Assembly: GCA_963727775.1 (NCBI GenBank)
Contig: CAVSHB010000001.1
Location: forward strand, 960,001-1,024,000
Length of the DNA stretch: 64,000 bases
Source: an uncultured Nitrospiraceae bacterium
GTDB taxonomy: Bacteria > Nitrospirota > Thermodesulfovibrionia > Thermodesulfovibrionales > SM23-35
Direction of reading: 5' to 3'
Of the stretch, positions 10,224 through 20,635 are shown one piece after another (positions within the stretch are counted from its first letter, which is position 1; every line of letters begins with the position of its first letter). A program made the translations under genes and the position numbers. Under the pieces are notes generated by a model. That model was given only the letters and a program-made list of their open reading frames with translations, searched no databases and had not been told where the DNA came from.

Positions 10224-12029
10224 TCAATGATGGATGGGGATCATGATGAAGAAGGTTGTGGATCCGGCGTCTGTGAGCACTTCGAGTTTTCCATGAATCG
10301 CCTGGATGAAACGGTAGATAATATTCAGGCCGCGGCCTTTGACTTCACCTCTTCTGATCTGCTCGATATTTTCTTCAGGTATTCTGCCGGTATTGCGGAT
10401 CTCGAACGAAGCCATGTCCCCTTTCCGGACACTCTTAATGCACAACTCTCCCCCTTCTTCCGGGATGGCCTTTGTGGCGTTATCGAGAAGATTGTCCAGT
10501 ACCCTTTCGAGACCGAAAGGAGAACAATAGATGAACAATCCCGGCTGTAATTCATCCTTAATAAGTCTTATGTTGGATCTTTTCTGCTCTTTAATTGCTT
10601 CTTCATTAATCCTGAACCTGTTTCTAATGACTTCAGTGAGGTCGACGATCCTTTCCCTCCCTTCAATATTCGGATTGATAGCCAGCTCCTGCATCCTGAC
10701 GGTCTCCTGTGCAATAATGTCAAGGTACTCAGTCATCTTATCCTTTATACTGTTAAGGTCCTCCGTCTCAAGGAGTTTTTTTGCCCTTTTTGCAAAACCG
10801 GCAATAGCAATGCCCGGATTCTTGAAGTCGTGCAGGACATCGTCCAATTTCTCAATCCGCAGTGCCTTCATGATCTCTTTTCCAAAAAAGCTAAGCAACT
10901 CTATCTCGTGATCGGTAAATTCCTGTCTCCTGTCTTTAGCGTAAAAAACCAGAAAATAATTTATTTCATCCATGGCCTTAAGAGGAATCAGAAGTACGGA
11001 ATTGACATTGTATTTGGAGGCATATCTCTTCAGCTCATCATTAGACAAGCGGCTGTTGAAAGGATCTTTTATCAAAATGTACGCCATATCGATTTTCTCG
11101 TATTCATAATCCCCGCGTTGTTCCATGCCTGTTATAAGCGCATCAAAGTATGGATGCTCTTTCAGTGAAAACATGCAGCTTATCTCATGGCTTTCCTGTC
11201 CAACAGGATATTCAAGCTCAGTCTGGACATGCTTTCTGTCCGGTGATATGGAAAAGAGCGTACAGCTCTGCACATGCATAACGTCTATCAGCTCAGGGAT
11301 CATCATTCTGAAGACATCCTTCATCTTAATCCCTTCACGATGGCTGAGTTTAACAAATATTTTTTCCACAATCTTCTCTTTCTGACGATTAAGCTTCTGG
11401 AGGTCCAGTATCCGTTTCTTTGCCAGTACATAACTGACCCTTCTTGCCAATAACTCGGCGTTGGCTACCTCCAACGGGTCGAATTCCTTGTTGTTCTCTT
11501 TGTAGTAAATCTGTATCGTCCCCTGGACTTCAGATTCTTTCTTAAGCAGTCCGGGTATATTCATCGGCACGGCCATCAGTGAGTTGAACCCGTGTTCTTT
11601 GACAATGTCCTTGTTTGCATAATCGGGCTCCAGAAGAATACTCGGAACAAGATAGCTTTTGCCGCTCGTTATGACCTTTCCAGCTACAGACCTTTCGACA
11701 GGAATGCTTTTTACCCTGCCTGTCTCGGAATACTGATATGATCCGAAAGAGACAAGTTTACCCGTCTCAGGGTCCACAATGCGTATTGAGGCCGCCTCCG
11801 CATGGAGGAACTCGACAATCTTCTTTGCTGCAGCTTCAAGTATTTCTTTCCACTCCAGGGCGGGGTTTATGCTTATTACTTCTTCCACCATCCTGACGAC
11901 CCGCTCTACATGCGCTGAAATACAGTGCTTTCTAAGGTACACAGCGAGATCGTTTATCTCCTGTTCGGACAGGTTATATCTGGCAAGAACAGGACTTGAG
12001 GTGAGAAATTTTATTAGGGTTTCATCCAT
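10224..12029 (-). CDS. Cytoplasmic GAF-domain sensor histidine kinase
   Basis: Two GAF-like regions, H-box LHDFKNP, N-box NLLDNATKA, GRGL. Confidence 0.8.
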   Translation of the reverse strand: MDETLIKFLTSSPVLARYNLSEQEINDLAVYLRKHCISAHVERVVRMVEEVISINPALEWKEILEAAAKKIVEFLHAEAASIRIVDPETGKLVSFGSYQYSETGRVKSIPVERSVAGKVITSGKSYLVPSILLEPDYANKDIVKEHGFNSLMAVPMNIPGLLKKESEVQGTIQIYYKENNKEFDPLEVANAELLARRVSYVLAKKRILDLQKLNRQKEKIVEKIFVKLSHREGIKMKDVFRMMIPELIDVMHVQSCTLFSISPDRKHVQTELEYPVGQESHEISCMFSLKEHPYFDALITGMEQRGDYEYEKIDMAYILIKDPFNSRLSNDELKRYASKYNVNSVLLIPLKAMDEINYFLVFYAKDRRQEFTDHEIELLSFFGKEIMKALRIEKLDDVLHDFKNPGIAIAGFAKRAKKLLETEDLNSIKDKMTEYLDIIAQETVRMQELAINPNIEGRERIVDLTEVIRNRFRINEEAIKEQKRSNIRLIKDELQPGLFIYCSPFGLERVLDNLLDNATKAIPEEGGELCIKSVRKGDMASFEIRNTGRIPEENIEQIRRGEVKGRGLNIIYRFIQAIHGKLEVLTDAGSTTFFIMIPIHH

Positions 12030-12096
12030 TGTCCTTAAGATAATATCAAAGAGGGCGGGTCTTATTCAACTATGCAAAAAGCCTTGTGTGAAATGC

Positions 12097-12123
12097 AAAA
12101 GGCCTGCGCGTTATGCGCAGGCC
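12097..12123 (-). terminator. Intrinsic terminator after carbonic anhydrase
   Basis: 9-bp stem GGCCTGCGC/GCGCAGGCC followed by T4 on the minus strand. Confidence 0.7.
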
Positions 12124-12152
12124 CTCAGAGCATGCAGGAAATAAATATAATT

Positions 12153-12839
12153 TTAATGAGATTTCTTGGCCGGAGCAGCCTTGGGAAGCTCTATCATTGC
12201 TACATTGCCTGTAGAAATGTCGTACTCACCCGCAACTATCTTTAACTTGCCTTCGCCGGAGAGATGGCTGATAAGAGCGCTTTGTTTCATAATATCTTTA
12301 TATACGTTTTTTACATTCTCTTTGATGGCTGTTTCCAGGATTTCATCCTTGGTGCCGCCTTCCTTCTTTGCCGCCTTAGCAGCAGGGGTAATCTTTTTCA
12401 CGATTGCCCCGATATTCCCCTCGGGTTCTCCCGTTGTTTCAAGTGACGCTGTGACCGCGCCGCATTTTGAATGCCCGAGTATGAATAACAGGGGGGCGTG
12501 CAGATGTTCAGCGCCGTATTCGATGCTGCCGAGTGCTATGGGATCGACGACATTCCCTGCGACCCGAATGACGAAGATGTCCCCAAGTCCCTGGTCAAAC
12601 AATATTTCCGGCGGGACCCGCGAATCGGAACAGGCGATCACGATTGCAAAAGGTTTCTGACCTTTCGTCAATTCCTGTCTCTTGGTGCTGCCCACGTCTT
12701 TCTTTAACAGATTGCCTGACACATACCTCTTGTTACCGTCCATCAGTTTTTGCAGCGACTCGTCGCTGACCCCTGCAAAAACAAATCCTGAAAAGACAAC
12801 TACTACGAGTAAAGCCAAAAGAATCCGGCATCGTTTCAT
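12153..12839 (-). CDS. Beta-class carbonic anhydrase with signal peptide
   Basis: CSDSRV, RVAGN, GHSKCGAV zinc ligands; N-terminal signal peptide. Confidence 0.93.
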   Translation of the reverse strand: MKRCRILLALLVVVVFSGFVFAGVSDESLQKLMDGNKRYVSGNLLKKDVGSTKRQELTKGQKPFAIVIACSDSRVPPEILFDQGLGDIFVIRVAGNVVDPIALGSIEYGAEHLHAPLLFILGHSKCGAVTASLETTGEPEGNIGAIVKKITPAAKAAKKEGGTKDEILETAIKENVKNVYKDIMKQSALISHLSGEGKLKIVAGEYDISTGNVAMIELPKAAPAKKSH

Positions 12840-12894
12840 AAAACCCCCTCCTTATGAAAGATATGAAGGCTCCTCAAAGAGGGTGCCCTAGTTT

Positions 12895-14049
12895 TTAAGC
12901 TGCTTTTGTCTTTTTCTTTGCCGCGGAAAAGACCGCAGCAGCATTAAATGTGCCGTCTATGGCCTGAACAGGACACTTGGCGGTACATATTCCGCAGCCG
13001 ACACATTTCGGTTGGTCAATGATATGCATCTTCTTAAGCTCACCTGAAGGAGCATTGACAGGGCATACTTTAGCGCATATCCTGCATCCGATACAATTAT
13101 CCATCACAAAGGCTTTTGGTCTTTGCGGAATGAAATCGGTTATGGCTTTTGTGGGGCATTTGGGTACACAAAGACCGCACGCCGTGCATTTATTGAGATC
13201 TATCTTCGAAAGATTGTTCTCGACGGAAGGCGCATCGAAGGGACAAACCTTAACACAGGTGCCGCATGCAGTGCAGCCTACCCGGCAGTTTTTCCTTGTA
13301 TCAACACCCTTATCCTTTGAATGACAGGTCACGAGTACCTGCCTTGAAGCAGGAAGTACCTCTATGACCTTTGTGGGGCATACCGCTTCGCACTTTCTGC
13401 AGCCGGTGCATTTTGTGATGTCGACATACGGGAGATGATCATCGGTCATTGTGATGGCGTCAAAAGGGCATACGCGTGAACATGTTCCATAGCCCAAACA
13501 GCCGTACCTGCATGCTTTGTCTCCGCCGCCCGCAAGAATGACTGCCCTGCAATCCTGAACACCTTCATAGGTAAATTTCTTCACAGACCGGTTCCATCCA
13601 CCGGTGCACATGATTCTCGCAAAGATAGGCTCTTTGGCTTCGGCCTTCTTCCCGGTGATCGATGCAACCGCTTCTGACCCTTTTATGCCCGCGGGGACGC
13701 AAAGGTTGGGAGCGACCTCGGGCCTGTTGACAACCGCATCAGCATACTGTTCGCAACCTGCGAACCCGCAGGCGCCTCAATGCGCGTGCGCGAGCACATC
13801 CATTACCTTTTCTATCCTGGGATCAATCTTTACAGCAAACTTTTTTGCGGTTAAGGCAAGGCCTATGCCGAATACTATGCCGACACCAGATAGGAAAAGC
13901 AAAGTGAACTTAATCAAGGGGACTAATTCGACATGTTCTTTGACTTCAACCCCCCCGCCGACACCAACTAAGGGGATCAGAAAATGGGATGCATCAATCA
14001 GGTGAAGCAACCCGGCTATGTCTCTCAGCAGATAATGGATTTCGACCAT
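12895..14049 (-). CDS. rnfB: Rnf complex subunit B, polyferredoxin type, with in-frame UGA (probable selenocysteine) at 13777-13779
   Basis: ORFs 13777..14049 and 12895..13611 share one frame; readthrough gives LAHAH-U-GACGFAGC..NLCVP matching the RnfB CxxCxxxxC..C motif; several CxxCxxCxxxCP motifs follow. Confidence 0.88.
13749..13776 (-). promoter_or_regulatory. Putative bacterial SECIS element
   Basis: UGA, 11-nt spacer, then perfect stem GTTCGCA-GGT-TGCGAAC with loop G at +19. Confidence 0.75.
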
Positions 14050-14067
14050 AAAATTTATTTTAGCATA

Positions 14068-14661
14068 CTACAGTTTTATTAATCCCGAAAACCCCGTGAA
14101 CGCGAGGGCAATCAGTCCTGTAACTACGAACGCGATCGGCGTGCCCTTGAAAGGCGCCGGGATATCGGCAAGCTCAAGTTTTTCACGGATGCTGGCCATT
14201 ATGATTAAGGCCAGTGCAAATCCGAGTCCGGAACCGAACGCAAAGGCGATGCTCTCGATGAAACTGTAATGCTCACGCGCATTGATCAAAGGCACCGCGA
14301 GAATTATGCAGTTTGTCGATATGAGGGCGAGGTAAATACCGAGCTTGTAATAAAGGTCCGGTGAGACCTTTCTCATAATTGTGTCGGACGCCTGGACAAA
14401 ACCGGCCACGATACCGATGAAGATAATTATCTTCAGGAAGGCGATGTCGAGCGGCACCATGACATAATTGAAAACAATCCAGCTCAGTGCCGCGCTTATC
14501 ATCATCACTGATGTGAATGTGATGCTCATTCCTACAGCGGTTTCCATTTTCCGGGAGACACCGAAGAAGATGCAGAGACCAAGAAACCTGGTGAAAACAA
14601 AGTTGTTGATCAATGATGCTGCGATTATGAGTTCAAAAAGTTTTGCGAAATCATTGCTCAT
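14068..14661 (-). CDS. rnfA: Rnf complex subunit A
   Basis: NNFVFTRFLGLC, LGIYLALISTNC, IREKLELAD motifs; operon position. Confidence 0.93.
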   Translation of the reverse strand: MSNDFAKLFELIIAASLINNFVFTRFLGLCIFFGVSRKMETAVGMSITFTSVMMISAALSWIVFNYVMVPLDIAFLKIIIFIGIVAGFVQASDTIMRKVSPDLYYKLGIYLALISTNCIILAVPLINAREHYSFIESIAFAFGSGLGFALALIIMASIREKLELADIPAPFKGTPIAFVVTGLIALAFTGFSGLIKL

Positions 14662-14698
14662 TTTCTTTTCCCTTCATAGCGAACTTTGTTCTAATGGT

Positions 14699-14890
14699 TG
14701 TCATTATCCGGCTTGACCGGATAATCCATTCTCTATTCTGGATTCCCGTCTGCGTGGAAATCGGCACGAACCTTTGGCTCGCAAACGAGCATAAAAATAA
14801 CTCCCCCTCGCCCCCTCTTAATCTAAGAGGGGGTTGGGGGGCGTTATTTAATTCGTTCAATTGAGTCATTTTTGGGTCAATGACAAAAAG
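14699..14890. repeat. Cluster of REP-like palindromes between rnfE and rnfA
   Basis: ATTATCCGG-CTTGA-CCGGATAAT hairpin; long hairpin 14794-14849 whose first 40 nt match 8278-8317 at 36/40. Confidence 0.75.
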
Positions 14891-14909
14891 AGACTTATCC
14901 TTTCCGTAA

Positions 14910-15521
14910 CTAATGACTTTTTTTATCACTCATGCTCATCCAGTTGAAAAATCCCATTAATATTCCAACGGCAAAAAAACCGCCGGCCGGCAGAATCATG
15001 ATAAGAAGGGGTTTTGCATTGATGATCTGATGTCCCCATAATGATCCTTTCCCCAACAGTTCCCTGCAAAAACTAATTACTGAAAGGGCAAGCAAAAAAC
15101 CGAGACCCATGCCGATGCCGTCAAACATGGAAGGAACAAACTTGTTTTTACTTGCAAACATCTCGGCCCTCGCAAGGATCGACGCAAAGGCCACAATCAA
15201 TTGTATGTAGAGGCCCATCTGTTTGTAGGCCTCCGGCGCGAAAGCCGCCATTGTCATATCGGTAACAGTCACCCATCCCGAAATAACAAGCATAAAGATA
15301 GGGAGCCTTATCCTGGGGTGAATAAGCCCCCTCATAAGCGATATAGTGAGATTGACCATAACCTGGACGAAGAGCACGGCAGCGCCCATTAGAACGCCGT
15401 TCTCCAATTTATTCGTCACCGCAATAGAAGGGCAGAGGCTGAGCGCAAGCTTGAAAATAGTGTTTTCTTTAAATATCCCGTTTTTTATGAGTTCGAAATT
15501 AGTTGTGTTTGTCTGGGACAT
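14910..15521 (-). CDS. rnfE: Rnf complex subunit E
   Basis: GIFKEN..LSLCPSIAVT, RELLG, ILPAGGF motifs. Confidence 0.92.
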   Translation of the reverse strand: MSQTNTTNFELIKNGIFKENTIFKLALSLCPSIAVTNKLENGVLMGAAVLFVQVMVNLTISLMRGLIHPRIRLPIFMLVISGWVTVTDMTMAAFAPEAYKQMGLYIQLIVAFASILARAEMFASKNKFVPSMFDGIGMGLGFLLALSVISFCRELLGKGSLWGHQIINAKPLLIMILPAGGFFAVGILMGFFNWMSMSDKKSH

Positions 15522-16092
15522 TGTCTCTTCCCTTTTCTTTTATTTTCTTCATGAGGAATTCAACGCCGTTTTTTACAGCATCCTCGGTAACAGCTCTGCT
15601 GGAAATGGTGGCCCCTGATATTGCCTGAATATACTCTGTTGTGTCCGTCTTTAATACCTTAAGATGCTCCAGGTCTTTACCGCTGAACTGGTTCCTGAAG
15701 CTGTCGGTCTCGATCTCATCTCCGAGCCCGGGTGTTTCATTCTGTCCGAGGATAGCTATCTTACGGACCTTGAAATCATTGTCCGTTGCGATAAGTGTGT
15801 TGATATAACTCGAATAGCCCTTGCCAAAGGACTGGATAATATATCCGATGACAACGTCTCCCTTTTTGGCGATAAAATACTCTGAATGTTTTTCGTGCGC
15901 CGACCAATCGCCTAATTTTTCAATCTTGTCGGCTTCGGGTATAAGCTTCTTTAAGGCCGCCTCTTTTTCAAGAACTGCATTTTTATACATGACAGGCGAG
16001 GTCTTGGCATAAACCAAAGCAAGGATAAGGCCCCCTACAATATATATAATTACGAGGTTCAGGGTTATCTTAATTATATCTTTGCCTGTCAA
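15499..16092 (-). CDS. rnfG: Rnf complex subunit G
   Basis: N-terminal TM helix, ETPGLG, FMN-attachment motif SGATISS. Confidence 0.93.
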   Translation of the reverse strand: MTGKDIIKITLNLVIIYIVGGLILALVYAKTSPVMYKNAVLEKEAALKKLIPEADKIEKLGDWSAHEKHSEYFIAKKGDVVIGYIIQSFGKGYSSYINTLIATDNDFKVRKIAILGQNETPGLGDEIETDSFRNQFSGKDLEHLKVLKTDTTEYIQAISGATISSRAVTEDAVKNGVEFLMKKIKEKGRDNVPDKHN

Positions 16093-16119
16093 TCTCTTAT
16101 TCCCTTATTTTTTTGGCCC

Positions 16120-17115
16120 TTATTTCTTTTTGGACCCGAATATCCTTGTTTTCAAACCTCTGTCAATAAGAGGCGCAAAACAGTTCATTATCAATATCGC
16201 GAACATCACACCCTCGGGATATCCTCCCTTAAGACGTATGAGCATAGTAAGAAAACCACAGCCGGCCCCGAAGACTATCTGACCGTTTTTTGTCGAAGGA
16301 GATGTAACGTAATCGGTCGCCATAAAAAAAGCGCCGAGTATCATGCTGCCGCTCAGAATGTGCAACAACGGGTCCCCTGCAAAAAGGGAGCCTTTAGTCC
16401 CGAATATCCATGCTATCAATGCGGCTGTCCCGATAAACGAGACCGGGATGTGCCATGTGATGTACTTCTTATATATAAGAAATGCAGCTCCGATGAGCAG
16501 GGCAATAACCGATGTCTCGCCGATTGAGCCTGCCCTGTGGCCGATTAAAAGTTGCGTATAAAGGCTTGTCCTGTCACCGAAAAGTTCTATTAGTTTTGTT
16601 ATTCCTTCTTCTTTGAGAATACCCAGGGGGGTTGCGGTTGTTTTAGCATCCAAAAAGACGAAGGCTGCTGTGGGCTCACTCCAGATAGTCATAAGTTTGG
16701 GGAAGGAGATGAGCAGGAACGCCCTTCCGATTAAAGCAGGATTAAAGATATTGTAACCGAGCCCCCCGAATAATTGTTTTGTAATTATGATGGCGACAAC
16801 AGAGCCTATAACGGGAATATAAAAGGGGACGGCCGGCGGCAGGTTCAGTCCGAGGAGGAGACCGGTAAGAAAGGCGCTGCCGTCATTAATATCAACTTTC
16901 TTTCCCAAGGCTTTCTGAAATACATACTCTGAAAGTACAGCGGAAATAATACAAAGCGCCATGGTGAAAACCGCTCTGGGCCCGAAGAAGTAATCCCCCA
17001 TTATTGCGGCAGGCACAAGTGAAGCCGACACACTCCACATAATCCTGCCGGTTGTTTCCTCGCTCTTGACATGTGGACTTACCGAGACAACGAGCGGTTT
17101 TTTTATTACCTCCAT
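16120..17115 (-). CDS. rnfD: Rnf complex subunit D
   Basis: KQLFGGLGYNIFNPA, TTATPL (FMN Thr), GAFFMATD, GYPEGV. Confidence 0.95.
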   Translation of the reverse strand: MEVIKKPLVVSVSPHVKSEETTGRIMWSVSASLVPAAIMGDYFFGPRAVFTMALCIISAVLSEYVFQKALGKKVDINDGSAFLTGLLLGLNLPPAVPFYIPVIGSVVAIIITKQLFGGLGYNIFNPALIGRAFLLISFPKLMTIWSEPTAAFVFLDAKTTATPLGILKEEGITKLIELFGDRTSLYTQLLIGHRAGSIGETSVIALLIGAAFLIYKKYITWHIPVSFIGTAALIAWIFGTKGSLFAGDPLLHILSGSMILGAFFMATDYVTSPSTKNGQIVFGAGCGFLTMLIRLKGGYPEGVMFAILIMNCFAPLIDRGLKTRIFGSKKK

Positions 17116-17128
17116 AAGACCTTTGTCT

Positions 17129-18439
17129 TCACGGTTTTACCTGAGATTTTGCAAGCCGTACAAGCTGAACTATCGGCCTTTTTGACGGGCATACGAAAGC
17201 GCATGAACCGCATTCAAAACAATCGAACAGGTTATATTCTTTCGCCCCTTCGTACATCCCCTTTTCCGAATAGACACTGAGCATTGAGGGCATAAGTCCC
17301 ATCGGGCATACATCGATGCATCTGCCGCACCTTATGCACGGCCCGAAATCTTCTGAGTGGACTATCTCTCCCTCTGTCAACGCAACTATGCCGGAAGTCC
17401 CTTTTGTTACAGGGATATCGAGATCTGAAACTGCAAACCCCATCATTGGACCGCCTGAGATGACCTTCACGTTTTCACTTTTCAGGCCGCCGCATTCTTC
17501 AATAAGATGGGAAAGCAATGTGCCGATTTTTACCTGGAGATTCTTAGGTTCGTTGATCCCTTCGCCTGTTACCGATACAACCCTTTCTATTAAAGGCTTT
17601 CCATATCTGACTGCCTCGAATATGGCAAAGGATGTGCTGACATTCTGTACAACAACCCTTACATCCATGGGTAGGGCCTTTGGAGGGACCTCTCTGTCGG
17701 TTATCGACCGGATGAGCATCTTTTCAGCGCCCTGAGGATATTTTGTAGGCAGTGCACAGACCTTGATATTGTCCTGTCCCTGAACTGCTTCTTCCATCGC
17801 TTTTACGGCGTCAGGCTTGTTGTCTTCTATCCCGACAAACCCCTTGTATACCCCTAATACTTTCATCAATATCTTAAGGCCTTCTATTATCTCATGCGGC
17901 CTTTCGAGCATAAGCCTGTAATCCCCGGTCAAATACGGTTCGCATTCGGCACCGTTAAGGATTACCGTATCGATAGGTTTTTCCTTCGGGGGTGAAAGCT
18001 TTACCACGGTAGGAAAGGCCGCGCCCCCCATCCCGACTATGCCGGCGTTCTTTATCTTCTCCTTCATCTCGTCCGGAGAAAGGCCCATATAATCAGGATT
18101 GTCTTTTAGGATTGTCCATTCCTCTTTATTGTTGTTTTCTATGACAACCGATGTTACCATCCTTCCCATAGCATTGGGGAATTCCCCGATTGCGAGCACT
18201 TTACCGGACACGGAAGAATGCACAGGTGCGGACACAAATCCCGTTGCCTCGCCTATCAACTCACCTTTTTTCACCTCCTGGTCGATGGTCACTACAGGTT
18301 TGCAGGGAGCGCCCAAATGCTGGCTTAACGGTATTACTACTCTGACGGGTGATCTTGTTTCCGCTATCGGCTTGGCTGCAGAAAGCTCTTTCCTGTCAGG
18401 TGGATGTATTCCTCCCCTGAAATTCGAAAAACTTATCAA
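17129..18439 (-). CDS. rnfC: Rnf complex subunit C
   Basis: GGIHP, GMGGAAFPT, NGAECEP, YPQGAE, two 4Fe-4S motifs; start placed at TTG 18439 after AGGAG. Confidence 0.95.
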   Translation of the reverse strand: MISFSNFRGGIHPPDRKELSAAKPIAETRSPVRVVIPLSQHLGAPCKPVVTIDQEVKKGELIGEATGFVSAPVHSSVSGKVLAIGEFPNAMGRMVTSVVIENNNKEEWTILKDNPDYMGLSPDEMKEKIKNAGIVGMGGAAFPTVVKLSPPKEKPIDTVILNGAECEPYLTGDYRLMLERPHEIIEGLKILMKVLGVYKGFVGIEDNKPDAVKAMEEAVQGQDNIKVCALPTKYPQGAEKMLIRSITDREVPPKALPMDVRVVVQNVSTSFAIFEAVRYGKPLIERVVSVTGEGINEPKNLQVKIGTLLSHLIEECGGLKSENVKVISGGPMMGFAVSDLDIPVTKGTSGIVALTEGEIVHSEDFGPCIRCGRCIDVCPMGLMPSMLSVYSEKGMYEGAKEYNLFDCFECGSCAFVCPSKRPIVQLVRLAKSQVKP

Positions 18440-18514
18440 TATCGTCTCCTGTTCATTAATCTGAATAGACAGATACAAAATTCTGTAATTAATAACACAG
18501 GGCAAAGATGAAAA

Positions 18515-19546
18515 TCAAGATAAACCTGTAATTTTATCCCACCCTTTCTTTTTTAACCCTTTTTTTACGATGTCTCCCAGCGCTTGTATAAAAACAGGAT
18601 GGATATTCAGAGAAGCCGTCCTTCGAAGATCCACGCCAAGTTTTCCGGCAAGATTCTTGTAAAGAATGTCTATCTCATATAGTGTTTCGATATGGTCGGA
18701 GACGAAGCTTATCGGAACAACGAGAATGTTTTTTATACCTTCCCCGGCGATTTCCCTGAGTTTTTCTTCAGTAGATGGCTCAAGCCATTTAACGGGACCG
18801 CTCCTTGACTGGTAGCTTAAATGCTTTTTTATCTTTATTCGACGGGTAATCTCGTCAATCGTTTCCATAGTCTGACGAACGTATGGATCACCTTCGTCGA
18901 TTATTTTTTGCGGCAGACCATGAGCACTGAAAAGGACATGAATATCAGCAGCGGAATTTGAACCCCGACCGAAGGATCCAAGTCCTTTGTTTATGACATC
19001 TGCCAACGCATCGATATATAGAGAATGATTGTGCCAGGACGGAATACAGTAAGTCTCTAATTCATACTCTGCTGCAACCTCGCTGAACTTTGCAAGTGAT
19101 GAGCCCGATGTTGCAACAGAATACTGCGGGTATAGGCTTAAGGCTACAATTTTCCTTATACCGTTTTTGTGCATTTCAGGAATGACATCTTCGATGAACG
19201 GGTGCCAGTAGCGCATGCCGGCATAGACCCTGAATGAAAGCCCATCTCCTTGCTTCACATCTTTAGTAAGTGCGGGGCAGGTGGCTTGTTTATTCAGCAA
19301 TTCTTCAAGCGTCTTTGCCTGTGCCTTAGTTATTTCCGCGATCGGGGATTTCCCGCCGATAAGGCTGTACATCTTTTTTGTCTTTCCGGAGCGTATCTGT
19401 GATATAAGCCACGCCAATGGCCTTTGCATAAAAGACGGCCCAAGCCGGATAATCTGTCTGTCTGAAAACAGGTTATAAAGGAACGGCCTTACTGCCTGCA
19501 ACGAGTCGGGGCCGCCGAGGTTAAGCAGGATGATTCCTATGGACAT
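18515..19546 (-). CDS. hemH: Ferrochelatase
   Basis: LLNLGGP, MRYWHP, LYPQYS, FSAHGLP, FVSDHIETLYEID. Confidence 0.96.
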   Translation of the reverse strand: MSIGIILLNLGGPDSLQAVRPFLYNLFSDRQIIRLGPSFMQRPLAWLISQIRSGKTKKMYSLIGGKSPIAEITKAQAKTLEELLNKQATCPALTKDVKQGDGLSFRVYAGMRYWHPFIEDVIPEMHKNGIRKIVALSLYPQYSVATSGSSLAKFSEVAAEYELETYCIPSWHNHSLYIDALADVINKGLGSFGRGSNSAADIHVLFSAHGLPQKIIDEGDPYVRQTMETIDEITRRIKIKKHLSYQSRSGPVKWLEPSTEEKLREIAGEGIKNILVVPISFVSDHIETLYEIDILYKNLAGKLGVDLRRTASLNIHPVFIQALGDIVKKGLKKKGWDKITGLS

Positions 19547-19555
19547 TTCGGGATA

Positions 19556-20587
19556 TTAATTTTCCCTTCCATAGGCATGGACTGCTTCAACCATTGCTAT
19601 GACGTTTTCGACAGGTGTCTGAGGCAAAATACCGTGTCCCAGATTAAAGACATGACTCTTGGCAGTTTCACCTTTCCAGAGAATCTCTTTCACCCTATCC
19701 TCAAGTTTTTCTTTCGGCAGAAAGAGTGCGCATGGATCAAGGTTCCCCTGTACAACCATGTTTTTACCGAGTTTTTTTATCGCGTCGGCGATATCGATCC
19801 TCCAGTCAATTCCCGTCACATCCGCGCCGGATTTCTTGACCTCTTTAAGAATCCCCGCGCAGTCATTCACAAAATAGATGATGGGAACACCTTCTTTCTT
19901 AAGTTCGGAAATAGCCTTCTTAACATAAGGGAAGGCAGATTTCTTATAGTCGGAAGGTGAAAGTATGCCAGCCCATGTATCAAAAAGCTGGACTGCCTGA
20001 GCGCCTGCCTTAATCTGGGCGGAGAGATACGAGATAACGGTTTCCGTAATCTTTTCCATTAAATAATTGAATACGCCGCTGTTCTGAAACATCAGTTTTT
20101 TTGTATTAAAAAAATTCTTTGAAGTCCCGCCTTCGATCATATACGTAGCCAGTGTGAAAGGAGCGCCTGAGAAACCGATCAGGGGGACCTTGTCTTCGAG
20201 TTCCTTCCTCAATATCTTTATGGTATCTAAAACAAAAGGCAGGTCTTCCTCGATATCAGGGACAATCAATCTTTCGACGGCAGACTTGCCTCTTATCGGC
20301 TCGCTGAGCACCGGTCCTTCCTTATCCAAGAATTCAAGACGCATACCCATCGGTTCAACAGGAATAAGGATATCGGAAAAAAGAATTGCCGCGTCGACGC
20401 CGAGTATGTCGACGGGTTGGAGCGTCACCGCCGCAGCGAGCTTCGGGTTTTTACAGAGAGTGAGAAAATCAATATTTGACCGGACAGCCTGATACTCCGG
20501 AAGGTATCTCCCGGCCTGGCGCATGAGCCATACCGGTGTATAATCCACTTCTTTGCCCCGGCATGCCTTAAGGAACGTATTATTCAT
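19556..20587 (-). CDS. hemE: Uroporphyrinogen decarboxylase
   Basis: PVWLMRQAGRYLPEY, AAILFSDIL, FNLGHG. Confidence 0.97.
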   Translation of the reverse strand: MNNTFLKACRGKEVDYTPVWLMRQAGRYLPEYQAVRSNIDFLTLCKNPKLAAAVTLQPVDILGVDAAILFSDILIPVEPMGMRLEFLDKEGPVLSEPIRGKSAVERLIVPDIEEDLPFVLDTIKILRKELEDKVPLIGFSGAPFTLATYMIEGGTSKNFFNTKKLMFQNSGVFNYLMEKITETVISYLSAQIKAGAQAVQLFDTWAGILSPSDYKKSAFPYVKKAISELKKEGVPIIYFVNDCAGILKEVKKSGADVTGIDWRIDIADAIKKLGKNMVVQGNLDPCALFLPKEKLEDRVKEILWKGETAKSHVFNLGHGILPQTPVENVIAMVEAVHAYGREN

Positions 20588-20635
20588 AACCCCCCTCCTA
20601 AATAGGAGCAAGTAATCAGCGTAGCAGGTAAGTAA

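Noticed and set aside
10224..10620. Kinase ATPase domain as a pseudokinase (NTG in place of DxG)
   Set aside because: H-box, N-box and GxGL are retained and NxG variants occur; not enough evidence from sequence alone
13777..13779. Genome-wide UGA reassignment
   Set aside because: TGA is a normal stop in dnaE, uvrC and acrB, and Trp is encoded by TGG
14643..14929. ORFs of 73 aa (+) and 92 aa (-) between rnfE and rnfA
   Set aside because: They run through palindromic repeats; PPLxLRGG appears on both strands because of the hairpin
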